The notes beneath the pieces are model-generated. The model saw only the letters and a program-made list of their open reading frames with translations, was not told the DNA's origin and did no database searches. A stretch of 60,241 nucleotides of DNA, the filler included. It is 6 parts of 6 records of this genome, joined end to end, with 100 filler letters (N's around TTAATTAATTAA, not from the genome) between each part and the next. Parts side by side here need not be neighbours in the genome. Positions count along the whole stretch, not along the records: positions 6,266 to 17,806 come from SRR31156797_5683; positions 17,907 to 39,727 come from SRR31156797_5696; 4 more parts are not named here. One strand, given 5' to 3'. Shown piece by piece: positions 9,673 to 19,664 of the stretch; within the stretch, counting starts at the first letter, position 1, and each line of letters starts with the position of its first letter. A program made the translations under genes and the position numbers.

Positions 9673-11926
9673 TCTTCTCTTTCCGTTTTTCCTGGGTTTT
9701 ATCCGTGTATTCGATACGCTGGTGGTAGATGCCCGTGAGGATCTTGTTGAAACTCTTGGCGATCTGGTGGAGATCCTTCAGGGTCAGCTCGCACTCCTCG
9801 AGCTGGCCGTCGGAAAAGATGGCGTTGGTCAGCTCCTGGACCCTGCCCTGGATCCTGGCCGGGGTGGGCCGCTCCAGGGTGCGCATGGCCGCCTCGATCA
9901 CGTCCGCCAGCATGACAATGCCCGCCTCCCGTGTCTGGGGCTTGGGTCCCGGGTAGCGGAAATCGCTCTCCTTGACCGCATCCTCGCCGTTCAGCTTGAC
10001 GCTCTTGTTGTAGAAGTAGCGGATCAGGCTGGTGCCGTGGTGCTGTTTGATGGTATCCACGATGTCCATGCCCAGCTTGTTCTCCTTGGCGATCTCCACC
10101 CCTTTTTTGATGTGCTGGATCAGGATCAGGGCGCTCATGGAGGGGGAGAGCTTGTCGTGGCGGTTCTTGCCGTCGGTCTGGTTCTCGATGAAGTAGAGGG
10201 GTTGCTGGAGCTTGCCGATATCGTGATAGAAAGCGCTTACCTTGGTCTTGAGGATGCTGGCGCCGATGGCCGCGGCCGCGGCCTCGGCAAGGCTTGCCAC
10301 GATGATGCTGTGGTTGTACGTGCCCGGCGCCTCGATCATCAGCCGCCGCATGATGGGCTGGTCCAGGCTCGAGAGCTCGAGCAGCTTGATCTCAGTGGTG
10401 TAGTCAAAGAGGATCTCGATCATGGGGGCAAGGCCCGCCGTGATGATGCCTGCCAGTAACCCGCCGGAGAACGCCAGGATGATATCCTTGGTGATGATGC
10501 CCAGTTCCGGCTGGGCCGAGTAGATGTTCAGGGCGATGGCCAGACAGGTGTTGAACAGGGCAAGTTTCACCCCCGCGGTGATGAACCGCTTTCTCTCCCT
10601 GCATTCTTTTGTCCAGAAAGCGGCGGTCACCGAGCTGAAAAAGAAGAAGAGAAAGATCTCGATGCTGTTTGAGAAGATCATCGCCGCCAGAAGGGAGAGG
10701 ACCAGGCCGAAATAGATGGCCACCTCGAATCCCAGGAAGAGGCAGACGGTCATGGCGCCGGCCGAAAGCGGCAGCCCCAGGGAGATGGAGATCTCCGAGA
10801 TGGAGGAGGCCGGCAGGTCCGGGTGGACCGATCCCGCAAAGGGGGCGGCAAGCCGTGCAATGAGCAGAAACAGCGTCAGCATGGACGCAAGGAAGATAAT
10901 GTTCTTGTTGTGGTGCCGCTCCAGGTCCTTCCGGTCCTTGAGGAGCAACAGATAGATCACCGACAGGGAAATCAGGATGATCAGGGCAGTGCCCGTCTGG
11001 GACATGAGAAAATTCTTTTCCTGGGTCTGGCTCTCCAGGGCCTTGAGCTTGACAAGGCGGAGATCGTCCACCCGTTCGCCCTCCCTCAGGATCATCTCAC
11101 CGGCCTTGATTTTGTAGAGCACCGGTTTCACCGTTGACTGGGCTTCCTTGATCCGTTTACCGGTTTCGTTCCTGTTCATGGTGATATTGGGAATCAGGAG
11201 CTGCTGGGAGAGGTCCACGATGAGGTTGGAGAGGTTGTAGTCGATATCCCGGAGCATGGGGTCGCCCACGATCCGGACCATGGTCTTTGCCTGGTCCGGG
11301 CCGTAAAAGGCCTTGAGATTGTTGACCACCCGCTCGTTGGCGGTGCCGATGGTCCTCAGGACAATGCCCTTGCCCTCCTCCTTCAGGAGAATCTCCTTGT
11401 TGGCAACAATGCCGTTGGCCAGGATTTCGGTGATGATGTCCCGGATTTTCTCGGGGATCTTTTCGGAAAAGCGGTTTTTGTAAAGGGTGGTAAAGGTGCC
11501 CCTGCCAAGGGTGATGCCCATGGTTTTTTCAAACTTCTCCCTTGACGCCATCACGGTTGAAAGGGGGGCCGGCTCTTCCTGGTCCTGGTTGATGAAATAT
11601 TTCTGGGGAATCTCAAAGGCCTTGTCCACCCGGTCGCATATTTTTTTCAGCAGGGTCGGGTCGAAATCGTAGACCATGAGGACCGAGTGGCCGGTCTCGG
11701 TTCTGTTGAGCTCGGTCGCCTCGGTATCCTCGATGAAAAAGTCCATGGGAGCCTTGATATCCCTGTCCGCCACATCCCCCAGTCGGTAAGAGACGTTGAG
11801 GTGCCCTTCTTCCGGGTAGAGAAAAATGGTGGAGATCAGGGTCGTTGCCAGGAGAATTCCCCATAGCACCGAGGTCTTGGTTCCAATGAATCGGTTAAAG
11901 GAACGAATTTTGTCTTCAGGTATCAT
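9566..11926 (-). CDS. 7TM-HD (HDIG) phosphohydrolase, PgpH-like
   Basis: N-terminal TM, large extracytoplasmic domain, about 7 TMs, APGTYNHS, YHDIGK, QHHGT, YPGPKPQTRE, MLAD. Confidence 0.92.
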   Translation of the reverse strand: MIPEDKIRSFNRFIGTKTSVLWGILLATTLISTIFLYPEEGHLNVSYRLGDVADRDIKAPMDFFIEDTEATELNRTETGHSVLMVYDFDPTLLKKICDRVDKAFEIPQKYFINQDQEEPAPLSTVMASREKFEKTMGITLGRGTFTTLYKNRFSEKIPEKIRDIITEILANGIVANKEILLKEEGKGIVLRTIGTANERVVNNLKAFYGPDQAKTMVRIVGDPMLRDIDYNLSNLIVDLSQQLLIPNITMNRNETGKRIKEAQSTVKPVLYKIKAGEMILREGERVDDLRLVKLKALESQTQEKNFLMSQTGTALIILISLSVIYLLLLKDRKDLERHHNKNIIFLASMLTLFLLIARLAAPFAGSVHPDLPASSISEISISLGLPLSAGAMTVCLFLGFEVAIYFGLVLSLLAAMIFSNSIEIFLFFFFSSVTAAFWTKECRERKRFITAGVKLALFNTCLAIALNIYSAQPELGIITKDIILAFSGGLLAGIITAGLAPMIEILFDYTTEIKLLELSSLDQPIMRRLMIEAPGTYNHSIIVASLAEAAAAAIGASILKTKVSAFYHDIGKLQQPLYFIENQTDGKNRHDKLSPSMSALILIQHIKKGVEIAKENKLGMDIVDTIKQHHGTSLIRYFYNKSVKLNGEDAVKESDFRYPGPKPQTREAGIVMLADVIEAAMRTLERPTPARIQGRVQELTNAIFSDGQLEECELTLKDLHQIAKSFNKILTGIYHQRIEYTDKTQEKRKEKNGKPENSDSDSDKNNKDIKPADKSKTQQNLKRLGI

Positions 11927-12882
11927 TTTTTCCGCTGTTTTTTTGTTGAGCGCTCATAGGCCTGGATGATCCTTGATACCAGCCTGTGCCTCACAACATC
12001 CTCCCTGGTGAAATAGACAAACTTGAGCCCCTCGATTTTCTGGAGCAGGCTTTTTGCCTCCACAAGGCCGGACTTCTTGCCCTGGGGGAGATCGATCTGG
12101 GTGATATCACCGGTGATGACCGCCCTGGAGCTGAATCCGATACGGGTGAGAAACATCTTCATCTGTTCGGACGAGGTGTTCTGGGCCTCGTCAAGGATGA
12201 TGAAGGAGTTGTTAAGGGTTCGTCCCCGCATGAATGCGAGGGGCGCAATCTCGATGGTGCCCTGTTCGATGAGGTCCTTGGCCCGGTCAAAGCTGAGCAT
12301 GTCGTAAAGGGCGTCATACAGGGGCCTCAGATAGGGGTTGATTTTTTCCGCAAGGTCTCCCGGAAGAAATCCCAGGGTCTCACCCGCTTCAACCGCGGGA
12401 CGGGTCAGCACGATCCGGTTGATCTCTCCCTTGGTAAATGCTGCCACGGCCATGGCCATGGCAAGATAGGTCTTGCCGGTGCCGGCGGGCCCGATGGAGA
12501 AGACGATGTCGTTTTCCCGGACCGCGTCGATGTAATTCTTCTGGGCCGGGTTTCTTGGCGTTATGGGTTTGTTCTTGGACGTGGTGAATATGGTGTCCAG
12601 AAAGATGGTTTTCAGTTCGCAGGTCTTGTCGTGGCGAAGGGCCTTTGCTGCGGACTCGATGTCCGTGGGGGTGAGGACATACTTGTTCTTAATAAGGTCG
12701 TAAAGCTGGGTCACGATGTTTTCCGCAAGGCAAATGCCCTCCTCATTGCCCCGCAGGTGAAGCTCGCTTCCCCTGGCATCGATTCGTATCCCGGCTGCTT
12801 CTGCTATTTTGGCGATGTTGTCGTTGTGCTGGCCGAACAGTTCCCGTGCCAGATCAATATCATTCAATGTTATGGTCTTCAT
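11923..12882 (-). CDS. phoH: PhoH family ATPase (start moved to ATG 12882)
   Basis: GPAGTGKT Walker A, LTRPAVEAGE, APLAFMRGRTL, DEAQN, VVRH. Confidence 0.95.
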   Translation of the reverse strand: MKTITLNDIDLARELFGQHNDNIAKIAEAAGIRIDARGSELHLRGNEEGICLAENIVTQLYDLIKNKYVLTPTDIESAAKALRHDKTCELKTIFLDTIFTTSKNKPITPRNPAQKNYIDAVRENDIVFSIGPAGTGKTYLAMAMAVAAFTKGEINRIVLTRPAVEAGETLGFLPGDLAEKINPYLRPLYDALYDMLSFDRAKDLIEQGTIEIAPLAFMRGRTLNNSFIILDEAQNTSSEQMKMFLTRIGFSSRAVITGDITQIDLPQGKKSGLVEAKSLLQKIEGLKFVYFTREDVVRHRLVSRIIQAYERSTKKQRKK

Positions 12883-12989
12883 GGCCCCAAGACTGCACTC
12901 AATTGACCAAAAGGTCAATAAAAAATCTTGACTGAAAACCGGGGCAGCTGATACTTAAACCCTTCAGGATAAAAATAAACGGTGGAAAT

Positions 12990-13538
12990 ATGAATGTTTT
13001 TGATGTTGTGATCGTGGTCATTGTTTCGTTCTGTCTGATTCGTGGACTCTTCAGGGGACTTATCCGGGAGATATCTTCCATCGTGGGGGTGCTTGCGGGA
13101 TTTTATGGTGCCCACACCTATTATCCCATGGTTGAGCCTTATTTTGCCCGTTGGGTGGAGACCCCCGGCTATCGAAATATCATCTCTTTTTTTCTGCTGT
13201 TCTGCGCCATACTGATCTCGGTTAACCTGATCGCCCGGCTGATTCGCTATTTTTTGAACATCGTTTTCCTGGGATGGGTGGACCGGTTGTGCGGCATGTT
13301 TTTTGGTGCGGCTAAGGGATTGCTCATCGTCTCTGTCCTTTTTATTGCCCTTACCACCATGTTGCCCAAGGGGGCGGCCATCGTGACCCAGTCCCGGCTT
13401 TCACCCCACGTTGCCATCGTTTCCGAAGCGATCTCCGTGTTTGTGTCACGGGATATGAGAAACCAATTACACCTAAAAATTGAAGGAATAAAAAAGAGTT
13501 GGGAGAAGAAGAAAAGCGCGATACAGAAGAGGGTCTGA
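12990..13538 (+). CDS. cvpA: CvpA family membrane protein
   Basis: GLFRGLIRE, DRLCGMFFGAAKG, four hydrophobic segments. Confidence 0.88.
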   Translation: MNVFDVVIVVIVSFCLIRGLFRGLIREISSIVGVLAGFYGAHTYYPMVEPYFARWVETPGYRNIISFFLLFCAILISVNLIARLIRYFLNIVFLGWVDRLCGMFFGAAKGLLIVSVLFIALTTMLPKGAAIVTQSRLSPHVAIVSEAISVFVSRDMRNQLHLKIEGIKKSWEKKKSAIQKRV

Positions 13539-14320
13539 ACAGCCTTATAAATATCATACAAACCCTGCGGGGGGAGAACGGCTGCCCCTGGGACAGGAAA
13601 CAGACCCCGGAAACCATGTGGAAATGCCTTGCCGAGGAGGTGTACGAGCTCCTCGAGGCCATTGAGGACGGCGACGTCAACGGTGTGTGCGACGAGACCG
13701 GGGATGTGCTGTTCCAGCTGGTATTCATTGCCGAACTCTACCGGGAAAAGGGAAATTTCGATCTTTCGGACTGCATTGCCAGGAGCGCCGAAAAGATGAT
13801 TCGCCGCCATCCCCATGTGTATGGGGAGCTTGAGCTCAAGAGCGAAGAAGAGCTTTTTCAGCGCTGGGAGAGCATCAAGCGGAAGGAGAAGCTGGATGAG
13901 GGCAAAAAAGTTGCCAAATCGGCCCTGGATTCCGTGCCCAAGGGCATGACGGCATTGTTGCGATCCTACAAAGTTTCGGAACGGGCCGTCCGGTCGGGGT
14001 TTGACTGGGACGATATGGACGGGGTGCTTGAAAAGGTCGAAGAGGAATGGCAAGAATTTACCCAGGCCCTTGCCAAAGGGGACAAGGATGAAATCGCCCT
14101 GGAATTTGGTGATATCCTTTTTACCCTGTCCAATGTGGCACGGTTTGCCGGCATTCACCCTGAAACGGCCCTGGCGCGTTCCACAGACAAGTTTGAAAAG
14201 CGGTTCAGGCATATGGAGGCCCTTCTTGCAGAACGGAACGAAGGGCTCAAGGATCTTTCAAGAACTGAGAAGGACTCCCTATGGGAGGAGGCAAAGAAGG
14301 CTTATGATTGCGATTGTTGA
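13499..14320 (+). CDS. mazG: Nucleoside triphosphate pyrophosphohydrolase MazG
   Basis: GCPWDRKQT, EEVYE, ETGDVLFQ, RRHPHV, GFDW, EFGDILF. Confidence 0.95.
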   Translation: MGEEEKRDTEEGLNSLINIIQTLRGENGCPWDRKQTPETMWKCLAEEVYELLEAIEDGDVNGVCDETGDVLFQLVFIAELYREKGNFDLSDCIARSAEKMIRRHPHVYGELELKSEEELFQRWESIKRKEKLDEGKKVAKSALDSVPKGMTALLRSYKVSERAVRSGFDWDDMDGVLEKVEEEWQEFTQALAKGDKDEIALEFGDILFTLSNVARFAGIHPETALARSTDKFEKRFRHMEALLAERNEGLKDLSRTEKDSLWEEAKKAYDCDC

Positions 14321-14930
14321 TTACGGGGCTGGAAATCTGACCAGTGTTGCCCGGGCGGTTTCCCATGTGGGGTATACGGCCAAGGTGACCCGGGATCCGG
14401 CTGAAATAGCGGGTGCCGACAGAATAATCTTTCCCGGGGTAGGGGCCGCAGGCTCTGCCATGACCGGCATGGTGGAGCGGGGCATCGATGGTGCCATGAA
14501 ACAGGCCTTTGAGGCCGGAACGCCCATGCTCGGGATCTGCGTGGGCTGCCAGATTATCATGGACAAAAGTCAGGAAAACGATGCCCAATGCCTTGGCCTG
14601 ATTTCAGGAGAGGTACAGGCCTTTCCGGAAAAGATGGATTCGGGTGACGGCTACCTCAAGGTGCCGCATATGGGTTGGAACGGGCTTGAGGTGGTTCAGG
14701 GTCATGCCCTGTTTCAGGGGCTTAAGGCGGATGACGAGTTCTATTTTGTTCACTCCTACTTTCCGGTGCCAACGGATGACAAGGCTGTTTTCGGCAGAAC
14801 CGATTACGGGGTCACCTTTGCCTCGGCCGTGGGGAAGGGCAATCTGTTCGCCACCCAGTTTCACCTTGAAAAGAGCGGTGAGCCGGGATTATTAATCTTA
14901 AAGAATTTTTGTGTGTGGAAACCATGCTGA
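14304..14930 (+). CDS. hisH: Imidazole glycerol phosphate synthase, glutaminase subunit (start ATG 14304)
   Basis: [44 protein letters not shown]. Confidence 0.95.
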   Translation: MIAIVDYGAGNLTSVARAVSHVGYTAKVTRDPAEIAGADRIIFPGVGAAGSAMTGMVERGIDGAMKQAFEAGTPMLGICVGCQIIMDKSQENDAQCLGLISGEVQAFPEKMDSGDGYLKVPHMGWNGLEVVQGHALFQGLKADDEFYFVHSYFPVPTDDKAVFGRTDYGVTFASAVGKGNLFATQFHLEKSGEPGLLILKNFCVWKPC

Positions 14931-15703
14931 GTAAACGAATAATCCCCTGCCTCGATGTGCGGGAGGGGAAAACGACCAAGGGCGTCAAGTTCCAGAACAA
15001 TGTTGAGATCGGTGATCCTGTGGAGATGGCGCGCTTCTATTATGAAGCCGGTGCCGATGAGCTGGTGTTTTATGATATTACCGCCTCCCATGAGAAACGC
15101 GACATCATGATCGATGTGGTCAGAAGGGTGGCTGAAACCATCTTTATTCCCTTTTCCGTGGGAGGGGGTATCCGGACCCTGGAGGATATGCGGGCCGTGC
15201 TGCTGGCTGGGGCCGAAAAGGTGAGCGTCAACTCCGCCGCCGTGAAAAATCCCGATATCATCCGCCAGGGAGCCCGTGCTTTCGGAAATCAGTGCGTGGT
15301 GCTCGGCATGGATGTCAAGCATGTGGGGCAGAAGGAGGGCATTCCGTCCGGATACGAGATTGTCATCAACGGCGGAAGGACCTACATGGGGATGGACGCC
15401 CTGGAGTGGGCCAAGGAAGCCCAGGATCTGGGAGCGGGAGAGATCTGCCTCAACTCCATTGATGCCGACGGAACAAAGGACGGGTATGAGATGAATCTTA
15501 CCCGGCTCGTTTCAGATTGCGTTGACATTCCGGTGATCGCCTCGGGCGGGGCCGGCAAGCCGTCCCATCTTGCCGACATTCTGACCCAGGGCAGGGCCGA
15601 TGCCGCCCTCATCGCATCCATGGTTCATTTCGGTACCTATACGGTCAATGAGATCAAGCAGTTCCTCCAGGAACAGGGCGTCAAGGTAAGAAAGACCTGG
15701 TAG
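14924..15703 (+). CDS. hisF: Imidazole glycerol phosphate synthase, cyclase subunit (start ATG 14924)
   Basis: [43 protein letters not shown]. Confidence 0.97.
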   Translation: MLSKRIIPCLDVREGKTTKGVKFQNNVEIGDPVEMARFYYEAGADELVFYDITASHEKRDIMIDVVRRVAETIFIPFSVGGGIRTLEDMRAVLLAGAEKVSVNSAAVKNPDIIRQGARAFGNQCVVLGMDVKHVGQKEGIPSGYEIVINGGRTYMGMDALEWAKEAQDLGAGEICLNSIDADGTKDGYEMNLTRLVSDCVDIPVIASGGAGKPSHLADILTQGRADAALIASMVHFGTYTVNEIKQFLQEQGVKVRKTW

Positions 15704-15716
15704 GGGCCGACCCTGT

Positions 15717-16175
15717 CTACAGGTAGTCTCCCCGCTGGAACTTCAAGTATTCGTTGTTGGCCATCATGGCACTCTGGGTGGCAATCTCCTTGAGCTCGGC
15801 ATCGGTATCCGGATTATTTTCGGTCTGTTCAAGGAGTTTGCCTGCACTGGTCTTGATCCTGTTGAGGATCGGTTCCAGGCTTTTCAACGAGGCGGCAGGG
15901 TCCTCGAGCTGGCTTGAATAGAGATCCAGCATGTCCAGAAGCTCATCCGTCATGTGCTGGATGGATGGGGGCGGGTCAATTCGTACGTCACACCTTGTGG
16001 ATTGGACCTCTTTCAGGGAAGCAGCAGAGGGGGTGGTCTGCATGGGCGGTACTCCCGTCGTACCCAGGGCGTTTCCCAGGACTTGCTGGAACGCCCCGTT
16101 TGTATTCCGCTTCACGTCGTTCTTTATGCCCTCCGCCGCAAGGCTGGCGAAGGTTGAATTCACCTGATATATCAT
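15717..16175 (-). CDS. Hypothetical helical protein downstream of flgM (start ATG 16175)
   Basis: RBS AAGGAG before the ATG; helical C-terminus ending KFQRGDYL. Confidence 0.7.
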   Translation of the reverse strand: MIYQVNSTFASLAAEGIKNDVKRNTNGAFQQVLGNALGTTGVPPMQTTPSAASLKEVQSTRCDVRIDPPPSIQHMTDELLDMLDLYSSQLEDPAASLKSLEPILNRIKTSAGKLLEQTENNPDTDAELKEIATQSAMMANNEYLKFQRGDYL

Positions 16176-16209
16176 TGCAATCTCCTTTGTCGTTGCTAAG
16201 GAGTAAGAA

Positions 16210-16226
16210 AGCAAGAAGCGGGCCAA
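16210..16226 (-). promoter_or_regulatory. Sigma54 -24/-12 promoter
   Basis: Minus strand TTGGCCCGCTTCTTGCT, GG-N10-GC spacing. Confidence 0.7.
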
Positions 16227-16352
16227 TGTTGCAGAATGATGTTGTGGGGTGGGGAAACGTTGTTAAATCAATGGTTTTTGCGGTACAGTGTCAGGGGCGA
16301 AGACCACCGGCCCCTGAGCAGGGGGAAAAATTTGCACTCCAAGTGATGCTGC

Positions 16353-16655
16353 CTAGGCAATTTTGTCAAGGAAAAACCCCGTCATCTTTTCCGCAACCTT
16401 GTCGGCATCGACCGTGTACTCGCCAGCCTCGATCTGCTCCTTAAGGGCTGCTATTCGTTCCGCTCTCCCTGCAGGCTCATTTTCCATTGCCTGCTGGATC
16501 TTCTGAAGATCCTTTGTTTCCGAAGAGAGGTTGACGTTATCAACGTTCTGGGTTCCTCCTGCCGCTTTTTCTTTGTCGGATGAGCGGGGGGCAGCGGTTT
16601 TTTGATTGCCGTAGGTCTGTTTGACAATCGATGAATTTGGGATGGAAATTTTCAT
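16353..16655 (-). CDS. flgM: Anti-sigma28 factor FlgM
   Basis: DNVNLS...RAERIAALKEQIEAGEYTVDADKVAEKM. Confidence 0.92.
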   Translation of the reverse strand: MKISIPNSSIVKQTYGNQKTAAPRSSDKEKAAGGTQNVDNVNLSSETKDLQKIQQAMENEPAGRAERIAALKEQIEAGEYTVDADKVAEKMTGFFLDKIA

Positions 16656-16669
16656 TGCGTCCTCTTTTT

Positions 16670-17095
16670 CTATGACTCCATGTTGTTGTCGGCGGCCTGA
16701 CGCGCCAGTTCCGTCAGGCGCCGAATGACAAATTCCGAATCCTCAACTGAGAGGGTCTTTGTTGTCTTAACGTTATCCTCGTCAATGGTTGTAAAGGAGA
16801 ACTTCTCTTCTTTCTTCTGGGCGAAATTGATTTTCTGGCCAAGCTCTTTTTCAACCTGGCCGGCAATTTTGTATTCCAACTCCTCCTGGGGACCGACCGT
16901 GGTAATTCGGTCGACAATGCTGCTGGTGACCTTTTCGATGATCGCCGTTCGCTTCCCCTCTGCAGAAATCCTGACATCATCGGCAGTGGCCTGGCTGCTG
17001 CCGGCGGTGCGGTTTCTGGCAAGAATCTTTCCCTGGCTCAGCTGTCTGCTGTAAACCTTGAGAACATTCTGTATCTGGTATGATGGAACCTGCAT
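16670..17095 (-). CDS. FlgM-associated protein (DVU0524-like)
   Basis: YQIQNVLKVYSRQL and DDVRISAEGKR..IIEKV motifs; directly upstream of flgM. Confidence 0.7.
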   Translation of the reverse strand: MQVPSYQIQNVLKVYSRQLSQGKILARNRTAGSSQATADDVRISAEGKRTAIIEKVTSSIVDRITTVGPQEELEYKIAGQVEKELGQKINFAQKKEEKFSFTTIDEDNVKTTKTLSVEDSEFVIRRLTELARQAADNNMES

Positions 17096-17120
17096 TGCAA
17101 TTCTCCTTAACCTGTAAGAC

Positions 17121-17147
17121 CTATCGGCAGTGAAGAATCAAAACTGA
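17121..17147 (-). promoter_or_regulatory. Sigma28 (FliA) promoter
   Basis: Minus strand TCAG-N15-GCCGATAG versus consensus TAAA-N15-GCCGATAA, upstream of the flgM operon. Confidence 0.7.
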
Positions 17148-17157
17148 AGTGTTTTTT

Positions 17158-17806
17158 TTATTCGTCATAGTCGCCTTCAGGGCCTTTGTCAGAGGTTATC
17201 ATGGATGCTTTCTCAATAATCTTTTCCCGGGTCCAGTCTTCAGGTTTTTCAATGACCTTGGCTTTTGGGCCGGGGTCATGGGAGCCGGTTTCGAGGATAT
17301 CTTCCAGGGCAATGGTGGCAGTTCCTTCAGCATTGAACACGTTTGTCAGAAGGTCATAGGCAAATTCTTCCACCGCTTTAACCATCCTCTCCCGGATCTC
17401 TTTCGGCAGGGCAAGGAGCTTGTTTTCAAAGGGGCGGTTGAGCTTTTTGTAGTTGCCGGGGGTGATATCCCGCTCTTTTGCATAGGCAAGCAGCTCCTGC
17501 CACATCTCTTCGCTGAGACCCTCGCCCTTCTTTTTGATGACGTCACCGTTCTCATCGAGGATGGCGTTGCCGTACTCGTTTACTTCGAGTCCCCAGGAGA
17601 TCATCTGCAGGGCGGTGGCAACATTGGCCTTGGTGGTGCTGGTCTCGGAGGTGATGGCCCGAAGCCTGTCCGAGTCGTTGCCGGAGGTGCCGTGCTGGGC
17701 GCCGGCGGTGCCGTAGGGGGCAAGCGCCTCGTGGATCTCCCGGGTGAGTTCGACGTTGATGCCGGTGCCGCTGGCCTCGATGCCGTGGGTGGTGCCGTTG
17801 TTCAGG
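17158..17806 (-). CDS. Class II fructose-bisphosphate aldolase-like protein, 5'-truncated
   Basis: Frame open from the spacer: NNGTTHG, AQHGTSG, KANVATALQ. Confidence 0.8.
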
Positions 17807-17906
17807 NNNNNNNNNNNNNNNNNNNNNNNNNNNNNNNNNNNNNNNNNNNNTTAATTAATTAANNNNNNNNNNNNNNNNNNNNNNNNNNNNNNNNNNNNNN
17901 NNNNNN
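17807..17906. other. Artificial contig spacer
   Basis: N-run/TTAATTAATTAA/N-run. Confidence 0.98.
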
Positions 17907-17981
17907 CGTTTTTATCTACGCAATTATCTGAACATTGACTTATCCAGACTGGTATTATGACAGTTAAAGCTTATGAAAAGC

Positions 17982-19406
17982 TTACGGAGTAAACGTTGCT
18001 ACTCCTAGCTCATCTTCACGTTTGGTTTTTGCCATCATTTCAGAAGGCGAAGTAACCACGCGAAGGTTCATTTCTTTTTCTGTACGTAATAGTTCACCAC
18101 GTAATGAATTCGGGAAAACATCAACGATTTTTACGTCAACGAATTGGCCGATTAGGTCTGGTGAACCTTCAAAGTTTACTACACGGTTGTTTTCTGTACG
18201 ACCACGAAGTTCCATTAGATTCTTCTTAGAAGTACCTTCAACCAGAATACGCTGCTCTGTATCCATCATAAGACGAGAATAGCGCATTGCTTGCGAATTG
18301 ACCTGCTGTTGTAGTTCATATAAGCGATCTTTTTTCTCTTGCTCGGTCAGATCACACGGGTAATCTGCTGCTGGCGTACCAGGGCGCGGAGAGAAAATAA
18401 AGCTGAAGCTCATGTCGAAATCAACTTCGCGAATCAGTTTCATTGTGTCTTGGAAATCTTTATCCGTTTCGCCAGGGAATGCAACGATAAAGTCAGAGCT
18501 GATTTGAATATCAGGGCGAGCTTTACGTAGCTTACGAATAATCGATTTGTACTCAATCGCAGTATGAGGGCGTTTCATCATAGTCAGAATACGGTCACTG
18601 CCACTTTGTACTGGCAGATGCAGGAAGCTAACAAGCTCAGGTGTATCTTCGTAGACTGCGATGATGTCGTCAGTGAACTCAAGCGGGTGGCTAGTCGTGA
18701 AACGAATACGGTCGATACCATCGATAGTCGCAACTAGGCGCAGCAGCTCTGCGAATGAACAGATAGTTCCGTCGTGCATGGGACCACGGTATGCGTTTAC
18801 GTTTTGACCCAGCAGGTTAACTTCGCGGACACCTTGCTCTGCTAGCTGTGCGATTTCGAACAACACATCATCCATTGGACGGCTAACTTCTTCACCACGA
18901 GTGTATGGCACAACACAGTAAGTACAGTATTTAGAACAGCCTTCCATGATTGAAACGAATGCGGTCGGGCCTTCCGCACGAGGCTCAGGCAGACTGTCGA
19001 ACTTTTCAATTTCAGGGAAAGAAATGTCCATCACAGGAGCATGGTTGCTCTGTGATTGTTTAATCATTTCTGGTAGACGGTGCAGTGTTTGTGGGCCAAA
19101 GATAACGTCAACAAAAGGTGCGCGTTCACGGATGTGATCGCCTTCTTGGGTTGCAACACAACCACCAACACCAATCACAACACCTTCTTTCTTATCTTTT
19201 AGCGTTTTCCAACGACCAAGTTGGTGGAACACTTTCTCTTGTGCTTTTTCACGGATCGAACAGGTGTTAAGTAGAAGTACATCTGCTTCTTCTGGTTCTT
19301 CAGTCAGCTCGTAGCCGTTCGCAGCGTTAAGCAGGTCGGCCATTTTTGATGAATCATATTCGTTCATCTGGCAGCCCCAGGTTTTAATTAGCAGTTTCTT
19401 ACTCAT
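17982..19406 (-). CDS. miaB: tRNA-i6A37 methylthiotransferase (start MSKKLLIK)
   Basis: [29 protein letters not shown] radical SAM motif, C-terminal TRAM. Confidence 0.97.
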   Translation of the reverse strand: MSKKLLIKTWGCQMNEYDSSKMADLLNAANGYELTEEPEEADVLLLNTCSIREKAQEKVFHQLGRWKTLKDKKEGVVIGVGGCVATQEGDHIRERAPFVDVIFGPQTLHRLPEMIKQSQSNHAPVMDISFPEIEKFDSLPEPRAEGPTAFVSIMEGCSKYCTYCVVPYTRGEEVSRPMDDVLFEIAQLAEQGVREVNLLGQNVNAYRGPMHDGTICSFAELLRLVATIDGIDRIRFTTSHPLEFTDDIIAVYEDTPELVSFLHLPVQSGSDRILTMMKRPHTAIEYKSIIRKLRKARPDIQISSDFIVAFPGETDKDFQDTMKLIREVDFDMSFSFIFSPRPGTPAADYPCDLTEQEKKDRLYELQQQVNSQAMRYSRLMMDTEQRILVEGTSKKNLMELRGRTENNRVVNFEGSPDLIGQFVDVKIVDVFPNSLRGELLRTEKEMNLRVVTSPSEMMAKTKREDELGVATFTP

Positions 19407-19664
19407 TTCACTTTCGCTCGTGTTAATTCTCAAACAATTTATGAACGGTGTCGTTCAAATTATAGCCGCCATCTCGGCGGTAAGCCGCGTATTGTACTGC
19501 TTTAAAAACTCACTGACTAGTGATCGGGTGAAATCTCTTCTATCCGTTGCTGTATCAGGTTTTTCCCCCTCTGTTTTATAAGGTTTTGTGACAAAAATAT
19601 TCGCAAAAAAGGAGCTGTTCCGTACAATAAGTTGCTGGAAAAGTGAGAGTAGTTAGTTGGGAAT

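Noticed and set aside
8464..12906. Long + strand ORFs (8464-9246, 9722-10459, 11986-12906)
   Set aside because: Antisense shadows of pdxJ, the HD gene and phoH, expected in high-GC3 DNA; no motifs
13247..14212. 321-aa minus-strand ORF
   Set aside because: Antisense to cvpA and mazG; no family features
14001..14303. 101-aa N-terminal extension of HisH in the ORF track
   Set aside because: Lies inside mazG; the canonical HisH start is at 14304
13499..14320. MazG (and the 7TM-HD protein) as an anti-phage defence system
   Set aside because: Canonical two-domain MazG in a housekeeping context; no defence partners
17149..17862. 237-aa + strand ORF
   Set aside because: Antisense of the aldolase and runs through the N spacer
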